A DNA stretch of 49,994 nucleotides from Candidatus Omnitrophota bacterium (lineage in GTDB: Bacteria > Omnitrophota > Gorgyraeia > JABMQH01). The DNA is taken from NCBI GenBank assembly GCA_013203355.1, contig JABMQH010000197.1, forward strand, positions 1-49,994, given 5' to 3'. Numbering within the stretch: the stretch's first letter is position 1; the number at the start of each line of letters is the position of its first letter. The notes beneath the pieces are model-generated. The model was not told the origin of the DNA. It did no database searches and worked only from the letters and a program-made list of their open reading frames with translations. The position numbers and the translations under genes were made by a program. Below, piece by piece: positions 1 through 7,421 of this stretch.

Positions 1-1
1 C

Positions 2-346
2 GCTGTGGGAGACAGTATAATGTTTGGTGGCCAAAAGCGAGAAGCAAGCATGACTTTAGGTAAGGAAGGCGCGAGTTTTGTACTTATAGATCCACAAGGG
101 GAAAAGTGCGTTCTTAAAAGAGGCCGTAATAAAATTGGAAGGCATAGTGATAATGATATCGTTATTGCTGTTGGAACTGTTTCCCGACAGCAGGCCGAAA
201 TCATTGTATCTCCTATAGGCGAGGTAAGGATATATGATTTGAAATCGAGCAATGAGACTTGGCTGATGTATCCGCGGGTACGAAGCAGGGCTCAGGAACT
301 CGAACTTAACAGATTGGTGAATCTAGAGGTGACTTCAGCTATTTGA
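2..346 (+). CDS. FHA-domain protein, probably the C-terminal part of a gene starting before the window
   Basis: Motifs GR..DNDIVI...VSR..A and DLKSSNET match the FHA consensus GR/SRxH/D..S.NGT in degenerate form. The frame is open to the window edge. Confidence 0.7.
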   Translation, partial: AVGDSIMFGGQKREASMTLGKEGASFVLIDPQGEKCVLKRGRNKIGRHSDNDIVIAVGTVSRQQAEIIVSPIGEVRIYDLKSSNETWLMYPRVRSRAQELELNRLVNLEVTSAI

Positions 347-364
347 TCTTGGAAATTATTTTCT

Positions 365-401
365 AACCTGCCGAGTCTAACCAGGTTAGATCTGGCAGGT
401 T
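365..401. repeat. Short REP-like palindrome
   Basis: AACCTGCC(365-372)/GGCAGGTT(394-401) enclose TCTAACC-A-GGTTAGA(376-390). Confidence 0.6.
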
Positions 402-410
402 GCCAATTCG

Positions 411-446
411 AATCCGTTGTAATTGTCAAGATTACAGCGGATTTTT
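411..446 (+). terminator. Rho-independent terminator
   Basis: AATCCGTTGTAAT(411-423)/ATTACAGCGGATT(431-443) form a 13-bp stem with one G-U pair, followed by a T tract. Confidence 0.75.
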
Positions 447-456
447 ATTTACCCCA

Positions 457-485
457 TTGATAGTTTAGGGATTTTATGCTATTTT
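457..485 (+). promoter_or_regulatory. Sigma70-type promoter for acr3
   Basis: TTGATA(457-462)-17 nt-TATTTT(480-485) with extended -10 TG at 477-478. Confidence 0.5.
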
Positions 486-520
486 ATATAGTACATCCCT
501 TAATATAGAGGTAATGTAAT

Positions 521-1582
521 ATGGAAGAAAAAAAATTGAGTTTTTTTGAAAGATATTTAACTTTATGGGTTACAGGATGTATTGGCTTTGGGATATTACT
601 TGGTAAGTTATTTCCCGAAATTGCTTATACGTTAGATAAAATATCTATCTATCAGGTTTCGATCCCTATTGCTATATGCCTATTTTTTATGATGTATCCT
701 ATAATGGTTAAAATAGATTTTGCAGAAGTAATTAAGGCAGGGAAGACACCTAAGCCAGTCATCCTTACCTTGTTTATAAACTGGTGCATTAAACCTTTCA
801 CCATGTTTGCTATCGCAACTCTATTTTTAGGAGTGTTATTCAAAAAGTTTTTACCCGGAACCGAACTCATCAAAGGTGTCTCTGAAGTTGAGCTGTTCAG
901 ATCATATATATCAGGATGCATTTTACTCGGGATCGCGCCTTGCACCGCCATGGTTCTGGTATGGGGACATCTGGCAAAGGGGAATGACGGCCACACCCTT
1001 GTTATGGTAGCTATCAATTCACTTACGATGTTATTTCTTTATGCACCATTGGGAGGATGGCTATTAGGAGTTAATATGATGCCGATCCCCTGGCAGACCA
1101 TTGTCTTATCTGTTGTAATTTATGTGGGGGTCCCGCTTTTCTTAGGATATCATACGAGAAAATTTATCCTTGCAAAAAAAGGTATCAAGTGGTTTGAGGA
1201 TAAGTTTCTTCATTATCTTACTCCTGTGTCTATCGGGGCGCTGCTTGTTACGCTTATATTGCTTTTTTCCTTTAAAGGTGAACTTATTATTAATCAGCCT
1301 CAGATAATATTTTTAATTGCAATACCGTTGTTCATACAAACCTGCCTTATCTTTGCTTTAACCTATGCTTTAGCTAAGTGGCTAAAATTACCATACAGAG
1401 ATGCGGCACCTTCAGCCTTGATTGGCGCAAGTAATCATTTTGAAGTTGCTATTGCTACATCAACGATACTTTTTGGTTTATCGTCAGGCGCCGCATTGGC
1501 AACCGTTGTGGGCGTGCTTATCGAGGTTCCTGTTATGCTTATGTTGGTGAAGGTGTGTTTAAAGACTAAGCGTATTTTTTAA
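521..1582 (+). CDS. acr3: ACR3-family arsenite efflux transporter
   Basis: About 10 TM segments. Motifs [32 protein letters not shown] (conserved Cys), [10 protein letters not shown] and [10 protein letters not shown]. Confidence 0.95.
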   Translation: MEEKKLSFFERYLTLWVTGCIGFGILLGKLFPEIAYTLDKISIYQVSIPIAICLFFMMYPIMVKIDFAEVIKAGKTPKPVILTLFINWCIKPFTMFAIATLFLGVLFKKFLPGTELIKGVSEVELFRSYISGCILLGIAPCTAMVLVWGHLAKGNDGHTLVMVAINSLTMLFLYAPLGGWLLGVNMMPIPWQTIVLSVVIYVGVPLFLGYHTRKFILAKKGIKWFEDKFLHYLTPVSIGALLVTLILLFSFKGELIINQPQIIFLIAIPLFIQTCLIFALTYALAKWLKLPYRDAAPSALIGASNHFEVAIATSTILFGLSSGAALATVVGVLIEVPVMLMLVKVCLKTKRIF

Positions 1583-1594
1583 CCTCATCGAACG

Positions 1595-1629
1595 CAGCCT
1601 CAAGATAAAACTTGAGGTTGTTTGTTTTT
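1595..1629 (+). terminator. Rho-independent terminator after acr3
   Basis: CAGCCTCAAG-ATAAAA-CTTGAGGTTG followed by TTTGTTTTT. Confidence 0.75.
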
Positions 1630-1640
1630 AGGAGTATAAT
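1612..1640 (+). promoter_or_regulatory. Sigma70-type promoter overlapping the acr3 terminator
   Basis: TTGAGG(1612-1617)-17 nt-TATAAT(1635-1640). Confidence 0.55.
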
Positions 1641-1674
1641 TTAAATTTGTAGAGTACAAAAGAAAGGATAGAAT

Positions 1675-1812
1675 ATGGGCCAGCAAAGGCGGTTTCAAAT
1701 AAGGCATCAGCAGAAACTGAAGAGGCTTAAAAAACGGAACAAGCTTGTACAGCAGAAACTGAACCCGGAGGATTTTTTTGTTGAAGGGTATTATGTTGGC
1801 CACAAAAAGTAA
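1675..1812 (+). CDS. Small basic hypothetical protein, 45 aa, not in the ORF track
   Basis: MGQQRRFQIRHQQKLKRLKKRNKLVQQKLNPEDFFVEGYYVGHKK. AAGGA SD at 1664-1668, promoter upstream, and the ORF fills the gap before the next gene. Confidence 0.7.
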   Translation: MGQQRRFQIRHQQKLKRLKKRNKLVQQKLNPEDFFVEGYYVGHKK

Positions 1813-1835
1813 ACGAAATTGCAAGGAGGTGCGGG

Positions 1836-2114
1836 ATGGCGAAGTTTTTGATGTTAGGTAAGTATTCGGCAGAAGCGGTTAAAGGGATGAGCGCAGAGCG
1901 CACAAAAAAGGTATCCGAGACTATTGCGGGATCCGGAGGTAAAGTCGATGCAATGTATGCCACATTAGGATGTCATGATCTGGCTTTGATCGTGGATTTT
2001 CCTGGAACCGGCGAAGCGATGAAGGCATCGACAGCGCTTACAAAATTAACAGGCATCGGATTTAATACATCACCGGCTGTGACGGTGGCAGAGTTTGATA
2101 AATTGATAGGTTAA
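1836..2114 (+). CDS. GYD-domain protein
   Basis: 92 aa with the pattern M.KFLML..YS..AVKG...GGKV..MYATLG.HD. Strong AGGAGG SD. Confidence 0.85.
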   Translation: MAKFLMLGKYSAEAVKGMSAERTKKVSETIAGSGGKVDAMYATLGCHDLALIVDFPGTGEAMKASTALTKLTGIGFNTSPAVTVAEFDKLIG

Positions 2115-2143
2115 TTTTAAAAAGGCACACGGAAAGGTATTAG

Positions 2144-3556
2144 TTGACGGTAAAGATTAAATTTTGCGGTGGGGCGCGAACGGTTACGGGTTCCATGCAC
2201 CTAGTATCTACAGACCGGTCTAATGTATTGTTGGATTGCGGAATCTTTCACGGACGCAGAGATGAGTCTTACGACGTAAATTCAAACTTCGCTTTTAATC
2301 CTCAGGATCTAAATGCCTGCATAATATCACATGCCCATATAGACCATTGCGGGAATTTGCCCACGCTTATAAAAAAAGGATATAAATCGCATATATTTGC
2401 TACTCCTCCCACAAAAGAGTTGTGTCATTATATGTTGCCCGATAGCGGCTATGTGCACGAAGAAGACATCAGGTATGTAAATAAAATAAATAAACGCAGA
2501 GGCCTGCCGCCCCGAGCCCCTCTTTATACAAGAAGGGATTCAGAGGATGCCCTTAGATACATCAGATCAGTCGAATACCATCGTAAATTTGCTGTTTCGA
2601 AAGATATAGATTTGACCTTTTTTGAAGCCGGCCACATCCTTGGCTCTGCAGTAACAATTCTGGATATAAAAACCTCCAGAAATAAAATAAGGCTGGCTTA
2701 CGCCGTGGATTTGGGCAGATACGACATGCCGCTTCTCAGGGACCCCGAGATACCCAAGGATATTGATTACCTTATTCTTGAGAGTACTTATGGTGGGAGG
2801 GCCCACTCAAGCATACGGGAAGCGGAGGATAAATTAACCGATGCCGTAAACCGTACGGTAAAGCGCGGCGGTAAAATTATTATCCCCTCGTTTGCCCTTG
2901 AGAGAACGCAGCTGATAGTATTTTTTATAAGCGAACTGATAAAAAGAAAAAAGATAAAGAGGATACCTATCTATGTTGATAGCCCCCTGGCTGTAAATTT
3001 GACTAAAGTTTTTAGGCAGAATTGGGAGTACTTTGACGATACAACTAAAGAGGCTTTTTCAAGAGAGGGCGATCCTCTCGGCTATGGGAATATTAAATAC
3101 ATAACAAAAGTGAATGATTCAAAAAAATTGAATAATGAAAAACGGCCCATGATAATAATATCAGCTTCAGGGATGTGTGAAAATGGGCGCATACTGCATC
3201 ATTTGAAAAATAATATTGAAAGTCCGCACAATACGATCCTTGTGATCGGGTTTATGGCAAAAAACACACTGGGGCGGCGCATAGTAGAGAAGGAAGAGAC
3301 CGTTAAGATATTCGGGCAGCCGCACCAATTAAATGCCGAGGTTGTCACGCTGAATGCCTTCAGCTCACATGCCGATAAAAATGGATTGGTACAATATGCC
3401 AAAGGGTGCGGAGGAAAATTAAAGCAAGTCTTCATCGTCCATGGGGAAGAGGAACAGTCGGAGATTTTAAGGACTAATATCAAGAAGCTCAATATTAAGA
3501 CACAGATACCGGCTAAAGACGAGATCGTTTTCCTGTCAAGCAGGGAAAAGAGATAG
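2144..3556 (+). CDS. MBL-fold beta-CASP ribonuclease (RNA-metabolising metallo-beta-lactamase)
   Basis: Motifs GGARTVTGS, LLDCG, SHAHIDHCG (HxHxDH), AGHILGS, ESTYG, FSSHAD and VHGE. TTG start. Confidence 0.92.
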   Translation: MTVKIKFCGGARTVTGSMHLVSTDRSNVLLDCGIFHGRRDESYDVNSNFAFNPQDLNACIISHAHIDHCGNLPTLIKKGYKSHIFATPPTKELCHYMLPDSGYVHEEDIRYVNKINKRRGLPPRAPLYTRRDSEDALRYIRSVEYHRKFAVSKDIDLTFFEAGHILGSAVTILDIKTSRNKIRLAYAVDLGRYDMPLLRDPEIPKDIDYLILESTYGGRAHSSIREAEDKLTDAVNRTVKRGGKIIIPSFALERTQLIVFFISELIKRKKIKRIPIYVDSPLAVNLTKVFRQNWEYFDDTTKEAFSREGDPLGYGNIKYITKVNDSKKLNNEKRPMIIISASGMCENGRILHHLKNNIESPHNTILVIGFMAKNTLGRRIVEKEETVKIFGQPHQLNAEVVTLNAFSSHADKNGLVQYAKGCGGKLKQVFIVHGEEEQSEILRTNIKKLNIKTQIPAKDEIVFLSSREKR

Positions 3557-3611
3557 CGGATAGAATTCTGGGAAAAGGGAAAGAGAACGTTTGGAGCTAT
3601 AGTTAATAGAT

Positions 3612-4331
3612 ATGTCAATTTCAGTTGTAATGCCATGTTATAACGAGGGTGAAGTTATTGGAAAAACGGTCAGGGCTTACTATAATGAGATTATCCGCAA
3701 GATTGACGATTCAGAATTTATAGTGGTTGACGATTGCAGCAAAGATAACACACATGATATTTTGGAAGGATTAAGGGGTGAGTTTCCAAGGCTAAAAATT
3801 TTGAAAACACCTGTTAATAGTGGACATGGTAAAACTATACGGATGGGATATGAAGCCGCCAAAAAAGACTACGTGTTTCAGGTAGACAGCGATAGGCAAT
3901 TTGAACCCAAAGATTTCTGGAAATTATATACGCTGAAAGATAGCTATGATTTTATTCTTGGTTTTCGTAAAAGAAGGCATGACCCCTTGAGCAGGCTGAT
4001 TCTGACTAGGATAACGCGTCTTCTAAATCTTGTCTTTTTTGGGGTGTGGATAAAGGACAGCAACTGCCCTTTTCGTATAGTCAAAAAAGAAATTCTTGAT
4101 AAGTTCCTTAACCTGATAGCCAAAGAGGCGGTAGCGCCCAATGTTATGATTTCTATTCTGGCGAAGAAAAAAGGGATTAGGGTGGCAGAAGTACCCGTAA
4201 CGCATTATAGAAGAAGGGCTAATTCCGTCTCCCTTGCTCATTGGAAATTGATTAAGTATGGCCTGGAAGGCCTGGTAGAGCTGGTCGCGTTTAAAAAATC
4301 TAAGCTAGGGGAAATACATATAGGGAGGTAA
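3612..4331 (+). CDS. Glycosyltransferase family 2 (DPM1-like)
   Basis: Motifs SVVMPCYNE, VVDDCSKDNT, QVDSD, GFRKRRHDP, DSNCPFR and EVPVTHYRR. Confidence 0.9.
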   Translation: MSISVVMPCYNEGEVIGKTVRAYYNEIIRKIDDSEFIVVDDCSKDNTHDILEGLRGEFPRLKILKTPVNSGHGKTIRMGYEAAKKDYVFQVDSDRQFEPKDFWKLYTLKDSYDFILGFRKRRHDPLSRLILTRITRLLNLVFFGVWIKDSNCPFRIVKKEILDKFLNLIAKEAVAPNVMISILAKKKGIRVAEVPVTHYRRRANSVSLAHWKLIKYGLEGLVELVAFKKSKLGEIHIGR

Positions 4332-4336
4332 AGGAG

Positions 4337-4615
4337 ATGACAACAAAAAAACATTTTACGGAAGAAGAGGCAAAATCAATCGGTGAAAAATTAGGGATCA
4401 GATGGGATAAGTTTGATGTTGACCAATTTAGAAGGGGTATAGATGTGGAATTAGAGCATGGTCTGCATGATTCCGCCACAAACGTAACTGATGACAACGC
4501 CTTAACTACAGGTAAGATCGCCTTGGCCCATCTTAATGAGTTTCCCGATTACTATGATCGATTGGATGAGATGGAGGAAGAGGCCGAAAAATTTTGGCAG
4601 GATAAGCAGAAATAG
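4337..4615 (+). CDS. DUF5661-like small protein
   Basis: Pattern G..VELEH...NVT.D....T.KIALAHL.E.PDYY.RL. SD AAGGAG. Confidence 0.75.
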   Translation: MTTKKHFTEEEAKSIGEKLGIRWDKFDVDQFRRGIDVELEHGLHDSATNVTDDNALTTGKIALAHLNEFPDYYDRLDEMEEEAEKFWQDKQK

Positions 4616-4635
4616 CTATAAGAACATCCCTGCCC

Positions 4636-4664
4636 TTGACACCGCATTAAACGTATGGTAAATT
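4636..4664 (+). promoter_or_regulatory. Sigma70-type promoter
   Basis: TTGACA(4636-4641)-17 nt-TAAATT(4659-4664) with TG at 4656-4657. Confidence 0.65.
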
Positions 4665-4702
4665 TACTATAAAAAGTACATAGAATATAAAAGGAGGTGG
4701 CA

Positions 4703-5314
4703 ATGAAGAAAATTTTAGTTATTTTAGTAACTTTATCACTTGTAGTTTTATTTTTGCCCGATAGCGTCAAGGCGCAGGATGGTCGCGCTGAGCATGTCAA
4801 AGCTGAAATACAAAAGCATAAGCGAGCTATACACCAACTAAAGGCAGAGCTACATACTTCAGGGGAAGCTTCGGCTGAAGGGGGGTATTCCGATGAAGGA
4901 TATGAAGGAGAAGACTACTCTGGCGGCGGGTATGAAAGAGGTTATTCCGGAATGGATGAAATGGAAGCTAAGACACAACAGATGGGTGCTCCATCAGAGG
5001 GAGCCGAAGGAGGACCAGGAATAAATCCCCCCGGACCCAAAGGTGGTCCCGGCAGAGGCAAAGGACAAAGAATAAATCCCCCAGGACCTAAAGGTGGTCC
5101 CGGCAGAGGTAAAGGCCAAAGAATAAATCCCCCAGGACCTAAAGGTGGTCCTGGTAAAGGACGAGGCAAACAGCATCCTGGAATGGGCAAAGGACCCGGC
5201 GGACATGGCAAAGGAAAAGGAATAAATCCCCCAGGACCCAAAGGCGGTCGCGGAAAAGGCCCAGGTGGAGGTAAAAAAGGCGGCGGCCGAAAAGGCGGCG
5301 GCAGAAAGAGATAG
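4703..5314 (+). CDS. Secreted low-complexity Gly/Pro/Lys-rich repeat protein
   Basis: AGGAGG at 4692-4697 favours ATG 4703. Sec signal MKKILVILVTLSLVVLFLPDSVKA/Q. Four INPPGPKGG repeats. Confidence 0.85.
   Translation: MKKILVILVTLSLVVLFLPDSVKAQDGRAEHVKAEIQKHKRAIHQLKAELHTSGEASAEGGYSDEGYEGEDYSGGGYERGYSGMDEMEAKTQQMGAPSEGAEGGPGINPPGPKGGPGRGKGQRINPPGPKGGPGRGKGQRINPPGPKGGPGKGRGKQHPGMGKGPGGHGKGKGINPPGPKGGRGKGPGGGKKGGGRKGGGRKR
5019..5250 (+). repeat. Coding tandem repeat with a 51-bp (17-aa) unit
   Basis: The core GAATAAATCCCC starts at 5019, 5070, 5121 and 5220. Unit INPPGPKGGPGRGKGQR, with differences mostly at synonymous positions. Confidence 0.95.
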
Positions 5315-5363
5315 AGGACAGCCGTAAAATAATTTTCGACGGAAAATCGACATAGATTGACAT

Positions 5364-5403
5364 AAATAAATCCCAGGCAGAAATGCTTGGGATTTATTTT
5401 TTT
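5364..5403 (+). terminator. Rho-independent terminator, possibly bidirectional
   Basis: AAATAAATCCCAGGCA-GAAA-TGCTTGGGATTTATTT followed by a T tract. Confidence 0.85.
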
Positions 5404-5410
5404 GCAGGCC

Positions 5411-5439
5411 TTGACAAAACAGATTTTACATGATATATT
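5411..5439 (+). promoter_or_regulatory. Sigma70 promoter of the marR-tolC-RND operon
   Basis: TTGACA(5411-5416)-17 nt-TATATT(5434-5439) with TG at 5431-5432. Confidence 0.75.
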
Positions 5440-5447
5440 TAATAGTG

Positions 5448-5474
5448 TTGATAGTTAACAGCCTTAAATATCAA
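5448..5474. promoter_or_regulatory. Putative MarR operator
   Basis: TTGATAGTTAA-CAGCC-TTAAATATCAA is a 10/11 inverted repeat between the -10 box and the marR SD. Confidence 0.65.
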
Positions 5475-5485
5475 GGAGGTTAGAT

Positions 5486-5947
5486 ATGTCGCATATGCCT
5501 ATATCGGATTTTGCCGATAAAATGACCAAGATCATGCCTGTTCTTATAAAGGAATTTTCGAGGCGCAATGTCGGTGAGCTATATAAGGATAAGGTCACCA
5601 TGCCTCAATTCTTTATACTGAACTTCCTAAATCAAGAGGATGAGTCTACGATGACCGATATGGCAAAATTTATGGATGTGACAACCGCTGCGATGACAGG
5701 TATTGTGGACAGACTGGTTAAATACGGCTATGTCCTAAGGCTGTCTGATCCTGATGACAGGCGGGTAATCAAAATAAAAGCTACAGCAAAAGGCGAAGAC
5801 TTGGTAAAAAAGATTAATAAACAAAGACGGCAAATGATTATGGAGATATTCAGTACAATATCGCAGCGTGAGCGGGAAGATTATTTAAGGATTCTTACGC
5901 GTATATACAGTATGCTGACCGGAGCCAAAGAAGGGAATGCAAACTAA
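5486..5947 (+). CDS. MarR-family transcriptional regulator
   Basis: Motifs VTMPQFFIL, TMTDMAKFMDVTTAAMTGIVDRLVKYGYV and DPDDRR. Confidence 0.95.
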   Translation: MSHMPISDFADKMTKIMPVLIKEFSRRNVGELYKDKVTMPQFFILNFLNQEDESTMTDMAKFMDVTTAAMTGIVDRLVKYGYVLRLSDPDDRRVIKIKATAKGEDLVKKINKQRRQMIMEIFSTISQREREDYLRILTRIYSMLTGAKEGNAN

Positions 5948-7421
5948 GCGCATCGTTTATCCATTATTGGGATGTATTGTACTTCTGTTGTGCGTTGGTA
6001 TTTATATTGCCAATGCCCAGGAAGGCAAACTGCTAGTTCCATCCGAGGAGCCCTTGTCTTTACAGGAGTGCATCAAACTCACCGCCCAGAACAGCTTTGA
6101 AGTGAAATTAGCGCGGTTAGACTTTTTGATTGCCGAAACAGACATAGGTATTGCAGAGGCGGTATTTGACACTTCTCTTTTTGCAGATATAAATTATGAA
6201 AGAGATAAACAGGAACAGGTATCTGTTTTTGGTACTGATGAAACGATAACAAATACATATTCAGCCGGTGCTTCAAAAACATTTCCGTCCGGCACCGAGT
6301 TTACCTTAACCCTTTCCGATAAAAGAAATTGGAGCGATTCTCAATATGTTTCAAGAAACCCTTCTCATGAAGCTGAGACTTCTTTAGGAATTCGTCAGCC
6401 GTTAGCTAAGAACTATTTTGGATATGCCGACAGAAGGACAGTTTCCGCAACGCGCCTGGCCGTTCAAAATGCGGATTTAGATACAAAGGAAAGGATCGAG
6501 TTGCTTTTTGCCGACGTTGAAAAGGCCTACTGGGAATGGGCATTTTCGAAAAAGCGCCTTGAAATTTACCGCGAGATTTTGGCAAAGGCCAAAGAGCTGC
6601 ATGAAGTAAATACTAACAACTATGATGTGGGGCGGATAGAAAAAGGGGACTTCCTGGCCTCTCAGGCAAATGTCGTCATAAGAGAAAAAGACGTTCTTAT
6701 CGCGGAGAATAAATATCGACGCGCCGAAGAAAATATGAAACTTCTTATAAATATCAATGCCGATGATAGGATTGACCCGCGGGAAAGCCTGGAATACAGA
6801 AAAGAATTGTTCAATTTAACGGGCTGCCTTAAAAAGGCATTTCAGATAAGGCGGGATTATCAGAAATCCAAGACAGAACTGGCGCGGCAAAAGATTATTT
6901 TAGAAACCAAGGCAAACGAGAAATGGCCTGAGATTGACCTTGTGGCGAGCATGACAGCGAATGGTATAGCTTCAGAATTTAGCAAGGCAGCCGATAGGGT
7001 AGGGACGGGCAACGCGGATTATTATGCGGGCCTGGAGATTTCCGTACCGCTTGAGAATAATCTGGCTAAGAGTGAGTTTAAAAAGGCCGCGCACAATAAA
7101 GAAAAGGCCATTATAGAGTTAAAAAATATAGAGAGGGCTATTATCACAGAGGTAGGTAATAGCTTTCGTGATTATGTTACCTACGAGGGTAACGTTACCA
7201 ATCTTATTGAAGTTGCCGAATTGCAGTATGAGAAGCTTGACGAAGAGGGAAAGCAGTTTAAGTACGGCCGGTCTACGACAAAGCGGCTCATAGATTACCA
7301 GCAGGATTATCTTACCGCAAAGCTGCAGGTGGCGCAGGGACTGCTTGACCTTGAGACATCACGAACCAATCTCGGAAAAACCCTCAATGCCATTCTTGAA
7401 AAATATGAGAGGATGTTATGA
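5937..7421 (+). CDS. TolC-family outer membrane efflux protein
   Basis: Signal peptide. Motifs LSLQECIKL, IRQPL, VEKAYWE, WPEIDL, GLEISVPL and FKYGRST. Two OEP-type repeats. Confidence 0.9.
   Translation: MQTKRIVYPLLGCIVLLLCVGIYIANAQEGKLLVPSEEPLSLQECIKLTAQNSFEVKLARLDFLIAETDIGIAEAVFDTSLFADINYERDKQEQVSVFGTDETITNTYSAGASKTFPSGTEFTLTLSDKRNWSDSQYVSRNPSHEAETSLGIRQPLAKNYFGYADRRTVSATRLAVQNADLDTKERIELLFADVEKAYWEWAFSKKRLEIYREILAKAKELHEVNTNNYDVGRIEKGDFLASQANVVIREKDVLIAENKYRRAEENMKLLININADDRIDPRESLEYRKELFNLTGCLKKAFQIRRDYQKSKTELARQKIILETKANEKWPEIDLVASMTANGIASEFSKAADRVGTGNADYYAGLEISVPLENNLAKSEFKKAAHNKEKAIIELKNIERAIITEVGNSFRDYVTYEGNVTNLIEVAELQYEKLDEEGKQFKYGRSTTKRLIDYQQDYLTAKLQVAQGLLDLETSRTNLGKTLNAILEKYERML

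Noticed and set aside
375-391. Integron attC-like boxes GTCTAAC (RYYYAAC) and GTTAGAT (GTTRRRY)
   Set aside because: They are only 3 nt apart, far too short for attC. There are no L boxes and no integrase in the window.
400-420. TTCGAATCC resembling a tRNA T-loop
   Set aside because: It lacks the preceding G and a T-stem, no cloverleaf forms, and it overlaps a terminator arm.
4697-4702. GTG start at 4697
   Set aside because: It overlaps the AGGAGG SD. ATG 4703 has proper spacing.
5019-5250. Possible CRISPR array (regularly spaced repeats)
   Set aside because: The intervening sequences are near-identical rather than unique spacers, the unit is 51 bp in frame within an ORF, and no cas genes are present.
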